A stretch of DNA of 64,000 nt from positions 1,939-65,938 of IMG/VR virus record IMGVR_UViG_3300029525_000001. One strand, written 5' to 3'. Positions 8,826 to 18,443 of this stretch are shown here, in pieces (the first letter of the stretch is position 1; every line of letters starts with the position of its first letter). The stretch is from a virus. The notes under the pieces are model-generated. The model was not told where the DNA came from, searched no databases, and saw only the letters and a program-made list of their open reading frames with translations. The position numbers were made by a program, and so were the translations under genes.

Positions 8826-10032
8826 TTAAACAACTTCTCTAATAAAGATACGTATGATAGTATCACTATCAATGTAATCTCTGTTTCCGTTCTCGGAAAG
8901 TATTGTTACCAAATGCTTTTTTTCGTTATAAAGAACATCGGCAGTAAAATCAAACAACTTTGATTTACTAAAGTTTGCATGAGTTAGCTGCCCATTAGAG
9001 AGTGAAATACCTGCAATGCAACCGCATTCCTTTGCATCATTTAAGATGTCTTTGATAGTCTTAATATCCATAGTCTTGTTACTTTATTTCTTGTTCTACA
9101 ATATCGAAATTATCCCACGTCTCACCTTCGTTGTCTGAGATATGATAGAATGAGCCTGATACGCTGATTTGGAAATCATCACAATCCAATGAATGCTTAT
9201 AGCTTTCCAATGTGTTCAGACCTTTGCCTTCCATCGCTTTTCTAGCCTTGTCTCTGGTTGAGAATACTTCTGCCTCAACCTCAACAGCCTCACCCAATCC
9301 ATGTTGGTGTGAATTGATAACTACATATACTTTCATAACTTTACCCTCGAATTAATTTTTTAACTTCATTATAAGTCTCCTTTATGAATATTTTGCGCCC
9401 CTCTGTAAAACGCTTTGTTGTGTGAATGAGGGTAATCATGCAGCCTTCTATATTAAAACCTTTGCATGGCTCGATACAAGCTATCTCAGAGACGTTTATC
9501 AACATCTTATTTCTTGTTGTTACTTCAATAAATTTGCTCATAACTTAGTCTTTTTAATATCTTAAAATCTTTTTGATTACTGCGGCTGCGAGAATATCGT
9601 TAGCGGTTATTGGTCTCGGCTCTGTTATGCTTTCTGCCCATGCTGCACCCCCAAAACAATAATGTTCTTTTCTCCATTCCTCACAAAACTTCTCAGCCTC
9701 CCATCGTGTAGGAAACTCCTTTTTTCTCATTTCTGAATGTGGTCTTCTGCCATATTCATAATGTGCTATGTGATGTACTTTCATTTTCGTTCCTTTCTTT
9801 TAATTGATTAATGTTTAAAATTTGTTTCGATAAACATTATTTGATGAATATCCAAGATGATAGTATCTTTAAGAAACGAATCGTTTATTATAAGTAGCTC
9901 ATTCGTTCCGTCAACTCTATACTTGCAATTATTGAAGTCAATATGAAAACGGACATCAGGGGTTGCAATATGAATTACCTTACTTTCTGCTTTGGCTACC
10001 TTGATAGCCTTTCTTAATTGATTTACGTTCAT
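8826..10032 (-). other. five small hypothetical CDSs (8826-9071, 9079-9336, 9341-9541, 9554-9784, 9808-10032)
   Basis: Contiguous co-oriented ORFs of 66-85 aa with short spacers. Confidence 0.7.
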
Positions 10033-10033
10033 T

Positions 10034-11941
10034 TTATGATGTATTATAAAAGTTTGTATATGTTATTAATTCACTCATTCTTTTGCTCCGTGGAGGTGGC
10101 AAAGGTAGTGTGTGTACTACTTTGCCAACACCACATAAGCAATCGCCTACAGCTGCATTTAACGGCTTGTTCGGTGGAATATCCAAGCATGAAGGAACAC
10201 CGATAGAGATAGCCACAACCTTTGCGGTTGATGCCGTTTCTTTGCGCTCTGAGACGTTTTCATTTGCCAATGGTGTAATTGTCCGCTCGGTGCATTTCTC
10301 GCTTGTTTGATGCTCATTTGGTACGCTATTCAATGTATCATCAGGTACGGCTGCAATCTCTTCTTTGCTTGATACCAATGATTTCTTTTGCGCATCCTTG
10401 AATAGCTTTTCCAATTTAACGCCATCCTTAAAGAAGAAAGCACATCCACGATAGGAATTACTATTTGTTCGCTTTTCATCAGGCATGAACTCTTTACAGA
10501 ACCCCGACAAAGTAAACAGTTCCCCACAGAATATAATCTTATTGTTTTCTGCTGCAATAACCTTTGTGCCATCAATGAAGGTAAGTGTATCGCCTACATT
10601 TACACCAACTGCATCAAAACTAAACTTATTGCTAGATTTATCCAATGATACTTCCTTTGTAGATTTATTCGTTTGCTCTGTTTTTTCTTCTGTAGCGCAC
10701 TCTTTTTCCTCAGTTGTAACATTATCCACCTTTGCGGTAATAACGTCTTCTGTAGGCTCATTAATAGGCATATCAAAAGACTCCGCAAAGCCACAATAAT
10801 CGTATGCACCAATGTAGCCATCAGATAGTTTGAATCCGTCATATTCATCATCAATATACATCGGCATCATCATACCAACTTCCAAACTACCTACATACAC
10901 CAAAGCTTCAGTAGAATATCTTCCAAGTGCAAAATTGAAGTTTTCAAATCTCAGCAGACTATCAATCTTTAATCCAATCGCAAAATTCTTGTTTGGTACG
11001 TTTTCACACTCACAAGAAATCTCAATACCATCATGATTATCATACATTCCGTTAATTGTGAATGTAATACGATTATCATTTTCTTTATGCTTGATTGTTA
11101 CTAAACCGATAGAGTTAAAACCTTTGTTTTTCTTCAACCATTTAGAAATACCCTTCCAAGTCTTTTCGTTGATGGTGCAAAGATTATCAGGATTAATCTT
11201 TGGTAATACAGAAGAGTAATTTACGTATCTGTTTTCCTCAGTCTTAGAGTAATATCCACAACATTCAGATACCCAATATGTATTGTCGTTTGGTTCACGT
11301 ACCAACTTGCAAGTAAGAGTACTACCCGACTTAGCCAATGAGCACATCTTTTTAAAGTCTTTACCGTTTACCAAAGGCAAATTGTAATCGTATGTGAAAT
11401 GTTCCGTGCTTACCACATCCAAGCCCTTAATCATCATCGTGTGACCATCGCTAGCGGCTGCCCTTCCGTTTCTAATATCCAAGCATACATTTTTCATAGA
11501 AGGGCGCAAATCATCATTTGCACAATGCAAAGATAGCTTAGAGTAGTATTTGTTGATAAGTACTTTCACGGTGCAAAGTACTTCATTATTATCTTTCTGC
11601 TTGATAAACATTCTTTTCTTGCTACCAATGCTAGCTAACTTTTCAAACTTAGCTACCAAAGCAAAGATTTGAACTACACAGAATGAGCAAACGAAAGATA
11701 GCACATTTACACTCGCCATCGGTGCAATAAAGCAATCTTTTTCTACTTGTTTATTACACTCATTCTTATATGATTTCTTTTCAGTCTTCAAATAGCCATC
11801 TTTAAATGCGCTATCCTTCATCTTTGCCAAATCTGAGGCGGTGTAATTGCCTTCTTTCACGTTTACACCCTCATTAAAAACCTTATCGGCTATCTCATAC
11901 AACTTGTTTAAGATAGCCAAATTCATTTCTTTGTCACTCAT
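10034..11941 (-). CDS. DNA polymerase III beta-clamp-like domain protein fused to a C-terminal RAMA-like domain
   Basis: CANDDLRPSMKNV...AAASDGHTM resembles the DnaN middle-domain motif; after an acidic linker, FSFDAVGVNVGDTLTF...GELFTLSGF...YRGCAFFFKDGVKL. Confidence 0.55.
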   Translation of the reverse strand: MSDKEMNLAILNKLYEIADKVFNEGVNVKEGNYTASDLAKMKDSAFKDGYLKTEKKSYKNECNKQVEKDCFIAPMASVNVLSFVCSFCVVQIFALVAKFEKLASIGSKKRMFIKQKDNNEVLCTVKVLINKYYSKLSLHCANDDLRPSMKNVCLDIRNGRAAASDGHTMMIKGLDVVSTEHFTYDYNLPLVNGKDFKKMCSLAKSGSTLTCKLVREPNDNTYWVSECCGYYSKTEENRYVNYSSVLPKINPDNLCTINEKTWKGISKWLKKNKGFNSIGLVTIKHKENDNRITFTINGMYDNHDGIEISCECENVPNKNFAIGLKIDSLLRFENFNFALGRYSTEALVYVGSLEVGMMMPMYIDDEYDGFKLSDGYIGAYDYCGFAESFDMPINEPTEDVITAKVDNVTTEEKECATEEKTEQTNKSTKEVSLDKSSNKFSFDAVGVNVGDTLTFIDGTKVIAAENNKIIFCGELFTLSGFCKEFMPDEKRTNSNSYRGCAFFFKDGVKLEKLFKDAQKKSLVSSKEEIAAVPDDTLNSVPNEHQTSEKCTERTITPLANENVSERKETASTAKVVAISIGVPSCLDIPPNKPLNAAVGDCLCGVGKVVHTLPLPPPRSKRMSELITYTNFYNTS

Positions 11942-12231
11942 ATATCCAATTGTTTAAAAGTTACACTTCGTAAAATTGCCCATAGCATTTTCCCCAAGCT
12001 ACCAAAGACAATCGCACACCGCCATTTTGAATCGGTGATACGCTTATCTTTTCACGCTTGATACGTATCAGTCGTTTATCGAACTTGCAATAAAAGCGAA
12101 TAAATCTATCTTTTAACTCGCTTTCTTTTTGCTCGCTTACATGTTCCAAGTGAAGGCTATTATATTCAGCCTCCAACCAATTCTTTATTTTTTCCTTTGT
12201 TCCCATATCCAAGTTTTCTTTTTAACTTTGT

Positions 12232-12278
12232 GCCGTGCCAAATCTCGCTTTTGGAGGTAGTCTCTAACTACTCACGGC
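12232..12278 (-). ncRNA. mini tRNA-like three-way junction element A
   Basis: GCCGTG-A-GTAGT(TAGAG)ACTAC-CT-CCAAA(AGCGAGA)TTTGG-CACGGC, then ACAAAGT. Confidence 0.6.
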
Positions 12279-12834
12279 TATAGTAACTTTTAAGCAATAT
12301 ATTCAATTAATTTGTTTCTGTAATATGGTGTAAAAGCAAAATTCAAATACTTTTTGTCTTTTGTGTCTATGTATTTTAGTATTCGTTTCGCATCATCTCT
12401 GATAGTGCTATCGTTCGGATGATTGTAGCCTAGGATATGACTTATCAAAGATGTTAACCGGAAATCTCCAACATCCTCTATATATTTCCCATATCCATAA
12501 GGGTATTTGTTACAACTAGCCAAATAATTTATAATAACGAATTTCTTCAAAGCTATCTTATTCATATCTTTCTATCTTTATGTTATTTAAGCAATATCAA
12601 ACTCTTTCATACATTCATTAAAACCAAATTCTTTTTGTGCTGCCATCTTTACAGCCACATAAGCCATTTGTCTTCCTGTAAGGTTGCAAAGTACATAAGA
12701 GGTTGCAATCTCTTTAAAATATTCTTCGTACTGTTTACCATCATAATTAGGCACTCCAATACGTTTCAGTTCATTTGTGTAGTTATTATATTTATTCATA
12801 ACTTTCTAAATTTAGCCGTTTATTTACTTTATAT

Positions 12835-12886
12835 GCCCTTATCTTTTCCCACTTGATAAAGTGTATCAAAGGGAAAAGATAAGGGC
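12835..12886. repeat. perfect 16-bp inverted repeat forming a long hairpin
   Basis: GCCCTTATCTTTTCCC / GGGAAAAGATAAGGGC with an inner TTGATA/TATCAA stem. Confidence 0.85.
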
Positions 12887-13192
12887 GCACACACTATTTT
12901 ATTAGTACTTTTGAATATCACTTGTTAATTGTCCGACAACAAATAATGTAGTATATAAATATGTTTGGTCATACATTAATTCATTATTAACGAATAAATG
13001 CAGCTCGAAATAGGCATCATCGTGCCAAATTTGCCATTCATAACTTACTCCGTGATTATTTTCGCGAACGCAAAGGAATTCGTATTCCGTTCCCTTTTCT
13101 TCTATCTTTGCGTAAACATCAAGTAAACGCAAGATTTTAGCTAATTTCTTTAAATCTTTATTCATATTGCTAATTATTTAATGTTACTTTGT

Positions 13193-13240
13193 GGTGCAAA
13201 CTGAATCGAACAGTCTAGAGATACCGACTATCTTTGCACC
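13193..13240 (-). ncRNA. mini tRNA-like three-way junction element B
   Basis: GGTGCA-A-AGATA(GTCGG)TATCT-CTA-GACTG(TTCGATT)CAGTT-TGCACC, then ACAAAGT; canonical T-loop. Confidence 0.65.
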
Positions 13241-14594
13241 TATCCAATATGTTTTATGATACTTTCAAATATGCTTGTTTAATATCCATATTTTCAGTTA
13301 TTCCATAACATTTTAATGCTCTTACTTCTTTTTTGGTAAAATAAAGGCAAATATTACCCTTCCACCCATTGAAGTTACCAATATTTTCTAATAATCCTTT
13401 TATGCCTGTATTTCTCATTTTCTTTGCGTTTTAAAAGGTTATTTACTCTTTTACGTACTTATTCCAATTGCGCCCTACAATAATGCCTAATACGTAAGAT
13501 ATAAGGGCGAAAACGAATGGTATTGTTATATCCATATCCAATTAGTTTAAAAGAAAATCGAAATACTTTGCAGCACGCAATTCATATTCGTTTGCCCACA
13601 TTTGACCGTAAGGCATACCAAGTAAATCTATAAATTTACGTGCTTTTGCCTTAAATACAATGTAATCGGCAAACAGGGCTTTAGCCTCCTTTGCTATTTT
13701 GTGAAAATTTGGCTTTTCGTCTTCTTGTTGTGCCGTGGCTGCCAAGACTGATACACGATTTGCAATATCGCTCAATTTGCTAGTATAGAAATCTATCAAA
13801 ATGTTTATTCTAATCTTTTTCATATCTTATATTATTTGTACCTTTGCACCCACAATAAAAGCGAGCGCAAAGGGTATTGTTAGTTACTTGTTTACTATCT
13901 CATTAATCTTGTTTGCCGTATCAATCAAAGAATAAGATTGCCCAACGAAACCGCCTCCGTACCAATTAGCACGATAAACAGAAAAGCCCAAATCATTTGC
14001 ACGCTTTTTGGCAATTGCATACAATTGACTTTGGCTTAAATTGTCGTTTCTCATTTCCTCATCAGTAGTAAAAGCGAGAAAATGCACTACATATCGGGGA
14101 TTCCCGTTTATATCATTATTCACACGACAAAAGCCAATACCATTCACCACCTTATAGCTATTTCTATAGCTTTCAATTTCTTTATTTGTCATATATAGCC
14201 CTCCAATTAGTTTTAATTACTTCTTTTCTCCTAATTCTCTTTTTGCCAATTCGTTTGTGGTTGTCCATTCAACGTAATCCCAACTTGTACCGAAATGGTC
14301 AACGCAAAGGATATACTTATCCAAAAGGTCTGAATAAGTGAAAAGCAATCCGAATGTTTGCTCTAGGTACTCTACATCGTCATCGGTGCAATCTGTAATA
14401 AACCACTGATAAATATCTCTTTGTGTGCCGTCATCTTCATCGAACAGTTCAAAGCGCAAATTATCATAAACAGAAGGGTCTATCTCTGTAATATTGTTGC
14501 AGAGGATAAGCGCATTATTACACCAATTTACAGCTACTGAATAATTTGTTTTATAAGTCTTCATGCCTAAAATATTTAAAAGTTACTAATTAAT

Positions 14595-14704
14595 TTTGCT
14601 AATTCGGGAAAAACTAATAACTTTGCAACCGCTTGTGTAACCGAGTTATTAGTTTTTCTTTTAACTTGATTCGCCCACTACTTTTTTTAAGGTAGTGGGT
14701 TTTT
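14595..14704 (+). ncRNA. candidate antisense sRNA with its own promoter and terminator
   Basis: TTTG (14595)-19 nt-TAACTTTG (14618); terminator CCCACTAC...GTAGTGGG-TTTTT at 14674-14704; no ORF. Confidence 0.6.
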
Positions 14705-14958
14705 ATTTAAATGCACTCAACATCTCTTTTGATACCCTCAAGTAAAGAATAAATTTCTTTTTGGGCATCGTCTATAAACTTACTATTTTGTGTGTAAGCC
14801 TCAGGGGTGTAATTGTCGCATGATGTTACAACTTCTGCATTTTGAGTCATTTTCAATAACTCCTGTAATCTAGCTACCTTTTGAAGTGCTAAATAAGATA
14901 ATGTTTGCTTTTTGGATAACTTTTTCATATTGCTTTATTTTTTAAGTTACTAATTTGT

Positions 14959-15014
14959 GGCTATCAATTAATCCGCCTAATTGCCAACGGCTGAGGTTTT
15001 CGCCTACAATAACC
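14959..15014 (-). ncRNA. mini tRNA-like three-way junction element C
   Basis: GGTTAT...AGG(CGAAAA)CCT...CAATTA(GGCGGAT)TAATTG-ATAGCC, then ACAAAT. Confidence 0.45.
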
Positions 15015-15370
15015 GTACTTATTATGTATTGACTTTCATTTATCATTCAGTTCATTTCATTACTCTAACTTTTCATTACTCACCTTAGAATGTCTCAGTG
15101 CTTTATAATAAGTTCGAATGTAGCTACCTTCCGTATAATAGCCTATCCGTTTTCCTTCTTTCATTTATAAAGTTACTACCTTATGTTATTTTATTGTTGG
15201 CTAACATAAAAACCGCTTAATACTACTATATTGTATCATTACACTAACATCTGTTAGATTTATGATAACGATATTAAGATAATGCCTATCTTACGTTTGC
15301 GCTATCTGTATAAACAGAATCACGGCTGCAAATAGTAAGCGTTTCATTATCACGCTAACATGTAAGTAAA

Positions 15371-15380
15371 TCAAAGAACG
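15371..15380 (-). promoter_or_regulatory. boxA-like antitermination element in the early leader
   Basis: CGTTCTTTGA about 60 nt downstream of the early promoter; resembles boxA GCTCTTTA. Confidence 0.45.
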
Positions 15381-15443
15381 AAATGCAATAATATAACTTT
15401 GGATTGTCTTGCTTGTGTAACCCTTTGTTTCTTAATTGCGATG

Positions 15444-15474
15444 CAAAGATACGGCTTTTTTCTGTATCTGCAAA
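15444..15474 (-). promoter_or_regulatory. major leftward early promoter
   Basis: TTTG (15474-15471)-19 nt-TATCTTTG (15451-15444), a perfect Bacteroidales consensus. Confidence 0.8.
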
Positions 15475-16714
15475 ATATTTCGGCAAAAAATTACGCTTTT
15501 TCTCGCTTTTTTCTTGAAAATAATTGGTTTTTCTTAATTCTTTACATAAGTTGTAATCTCTACTTTGCAATATAATAGGTTAAATAGGGGTTATTGTATG
15601 CTTTTATATGTTTTGCCCTATCTTTGCACCTTTGCAGCCTCATAAAACCACCTTTGCAGCCGTCTTTATATATGGTAGCGTGCGCACGTACCTTATATAT
15701 AGAAAACGCCTAAAAGCGTATTATTTGCAGTTTGCAGCCGTTTTATTTTCCGTTTTCGTTTTCACTCGCCTTTTATTCCACGAAAATGGTGTGTGAAACA
15801 TTATGCAAGTTTCTGCATATTTATGCAAGTTTGGAATGTATTTTTATGCAGTATATTATGATAAATAGAAAATTTGTGGGAATTTCAGACTTTTCTGCCC
15901 TTTTGCAGAAACGTTCTATCTTTTTACTTCTTGTTTCTATGCTTTTTCTCTTATTTTGGATTATTTACAGAAAACAGAAACAGAAAAGAAAAATCCGCTT
16001 TTTTGCCTTAAAACGTCCGTTTTTGTCGCAAATAATACGCTGATTTTCAGTGATTTATACCTATATAGGGTAATTTACACCCCACCCCCCGTTTTTGGCA
16101 CTCGCAGGGTGGGTCAGCTCTCATCCGAATTTTTTATTTTTTTATTTTTTTTGTAAAATACTCTGATTTTTCAAATTCCGCTTTTCTACCGAATTTTGAG
16201 TATTTTCGAGAATATCATATCTACTTTTCTTTTTGCATAAAGTTTCATAGCATCTACTTTTGCTTATTTCTGTGCGTCAGGTAGCGTTTTATGCAGCTTC
16301 GTGGTGTAGTTTATCACCAGATTGTTTTGAACGTCTTAGAACGCAACTTTTGAGCTATTTTTATTTTTGCGGAAAAGTAAGACTCTTTTCTACTTTAATG
16401 TTCATTTTTGCTATATATGGATTGCAGTTTCGATGACCTATTGCAGGGTTGTTTGCGAAGCATTCTTCTTAGGGGATGAGTATATAGTTTACTATATACA
16501 GTGGTTGACATCCCCTACTACGGCTGCGCGCGAGAGTACAATGGTTTATTTACGTGTTATTATTATATGGGAAAGAGTTCAAATGTTAAATTTTCAATAT
16601 GAAAAATCTGATTTATGCGGATAACATATATTTAATTGGGGATATGGGGAAAATGGTACAAATTTGCAATTTGTTAAACTATGTAAAGTTCATTTTTGGC
16701 TTGATTTTTTGGCG

Positions 16715-16722
16715 TATATTTG
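16715..16722 (+). promoter_or_regulatory. rightward promoter -7 box
   Basis: TATATTTG-CAGC, 40 nt upstream of ATG 16763. Confidence 0.6.
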
Positions 16723-16762
16723 CAGCATAAATGTTTGATTTACGAATTACCGACTTTGGAAT

Positions 16763-17317
16763 ATGGCAGAAAAGAAATTCTACATACAGCGTTACTTGAA
16801 GTCCGAGCAGGGAGCTTGGAATGCAGACGGATTGCGTAAGAGTCTGGAAGATGATTTCGGCGGCGGTTCTGTCCGCTACAAGTCATTGGACGGATTGAAC
16901 TCCAAGGGTAAGCAGAAGGGTGTATATACCGAGAGCTATCCTGAGAGTGACGCGTTAAGAGTGTTCGTTGACCCAAATGCTAGACATGAGAGCACCAACG
17001 CCACGTTGTCAGTCTGCGTGTTCGGGTATGATGTTGACGGAACTACTGAGCTTTCCGTTACTGAGCAGATAAAAGCTGCCGAGAAAGCATGGGATAGTCT
17101 GTATGCTTACTTGGAGGGTTCGCTTATCCTGTGGTATGACGATTACAGACAGAAGAAAGCGTTGTTTTTGGTACAGGATGCTACAGAGCCATCAACGGAC
17201 AACATCAAGAACATTCCGTATCTGCTCTGTTCGGTCAAGTTGGTAAACGTCTTCGGTCAGTCGTTTGATGGTGACAGTACCGTGATTGAAGATTGGTTGA
17301 AGAATGGTGGAAAATAG
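16763..17317 (+). CDS. hypothetical protein, possibly distal-tail-like
   Basis: 184-aa ORF. The pattern (ESYPESDALRVF; ILWYDDYRQKK) is reminiscent of Bacteroidales phage tail proteins; this is inference. Confidence 0.45.
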   Translation: MAEKKFYIQRYLKSEQGAWNADGLRKSLEDDFGGGSVRYKSLDGLNSKGKQKGVYTESYPESDALRVFVDPNARHESTNATLSVCVFGYDVDGTTELSVTEQIKAAEKAWDSLYAYLEGSLILWYDDYRQKKALFLVQDATEPSTDNIKNIPYLLCSVKLVNVFGQSFDGDSTVIEDWLKNGGK

Positions 17318-17324
17318 AAACAAC

Positions 17325-17410
17325 AGCATCCGCAAGGCGGTAGGACGTATTTTTAGATACAAGTCTAGGCAAACAGAAGGTTCGAGTTCCTTCTACGGTC
17401 GGTGGATGCT
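17325..17410 (+). ncRNA. degenerate tRNA-like structured RNA
   Basis: Closing stem AGCATCCGC/GTGGATGCT and T-arm AGAAGG-TTCGAGTT-CCTTCT; no canonical cloverleaf. Confidence 0.4.
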
Positions 17411-17429
17411 TTTAAACAGTTGAGAATGT

Positions 17430-18437
17430 ATGCGAATAAAGGAAGAATCACTTGACAGGGCGTTGGAAGCGGCATCGTTGCAGACGAAGGGATTGCCGAA
17501 ACGCTACACGGATGGTAAAGACCCATTCTGGATAATGGCAGTTGTGCTTGTTCAGAAGCGCAATTTGGAGGAATGCTACTGCATTTATCAGCAGAATGCG
17601 GACAAATACATGAAGCTTTTGCAAGACTTCGGCACGCCGAGTCCTATCATGTCTATCAAGAGCATTCATCCTTATATGTATCTTGATGAGGCTCAGTTTT
17701 TGCCGAGCGGATGCATCGAAGCAAAGAAGAACTTTCTGAAAAACGAGCTTGGTGAAGACCCTAGGGCTTATGAGGTCGATGAAATGACGGAATCGGACGT
17801 TAATCACGCGTTATTGGAGATTGCCATTGCCAAACAGATGAGAGCTGATGAGGAAAACAAGAAAATCAACGTACTCAATGAAGGAAGCGATTTGGACGGA
17901 ACGAGATTTGAGGACATTGAACGTCAGAAGTTCGAGTTTGAGTTGGCTGAAATGAGGAAAGATGGATGTTCAAAGAAAGAAATAAAAGAGTTCATTGACG
18001 AGTATAATGCCAGTCATAAGCAGAAAATTGACGATGAACCATACATTTCAGAGGAAGACCGCATTCATCAGGAAATGGAATCAAAAGACGTTGAGAAAAC
18101 TCCCGAATGCAGTATTGAAGGTGAGTTTGATGCACCTGAGATAGACTACGATAAGCTTCATGAGGAATCAGAGGCGTTCAAGAAAGAACAGTTGAAGGTT
18201 GCCAAGCGCAAGTGGAAGCGCGCCTATGATGCCGATGCAGAGAAGCGTGACGGAAGAGAGTTCGAGAACGAATTTGGCGAAGATGAGGAATGTGAGACGT
18301 TGCAGTTGCCGAATAAAGAATCCATTCCTGTAAAGCGAAAACCAGGCAGACCAAAGAAATCGTCATTGGATTACACTGCTAGCAAGCGCGATACGACAAA
18401 GAAACGTGGTCGCAAAAAATCATCAACTAAAAAATAA
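17430..18437 (+). CDS. acidic protein with C-terminal AT-hook motifs
   Basis: E/D-rich body; KRKPGRPKK and KKRGRKK at the C-terminus. Confidence 0.7.
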   Translation: MRIKEESLDRALEAASLQTKGLPKRYTDGKDPFWIMAVVLVQKRNLEECYCIYQQNADKYMKLLQDFGTPSPIMSIKSIHPYMYLDEAQFLPSGCIEAKKNFLKNELGEDPRAYEVDEMTESDVNHALLEIAIAKQMRADEENKKINVLNEGSDLDGTRFEDIERQKFEFELAEMRKDGCSKKEIKEFIDEYNASHKQKIDDEPYISEEDRIHQEMESKDVEKTPECSIEGEFDAPEIDYDKLHEESEAFKKEQLKVAKRKWKRAYDADAEKRDGREFENEFGEDEECETLQLPNKESIPVKRKPGRPKKSSLDYTASKRDTTKKRGRKKSSTKK

Positions 18438-18443
18438 CAGATT

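Larger units (their letters stand above)
11961..14928 (-). other. early-region small CDSs (11961-12212, 12290-12565, 12587-12799, 12902-13165, 13542-13823, 13884-14192, 14217-14564, 14707-14928)
   Basis: Co-oriented ORFs downstream of the promoter at 15444. 13884-14192 carries NNDINGNPRYVVHF; 14217-14564 is highly acidic (DIYQWFI...HFGTSWDYV). Confidence 0.7.

Noticed and set aside
13193..13240. Canonical tRNA gene
   Set aside because: It has a T-loop and acceptor-like stem but is only 48 nt with no D-arm/anticodon pair, so it is reported as tRNA-like instead.
12232..15014. Hammerhead, twister or HDV-like ribozymes in the structured spacers
   Set aside because: The catalytic core motifs (for example CUGAUGA...GAAA) are absent from the elements examined.
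15355..16624. Short ORFs called in the AT-rich switch region
   Set aside because: Low-complexity F/L/K-rich translations, non-ATG starts and overlap with promoter motifs indicate non-coding DNA.
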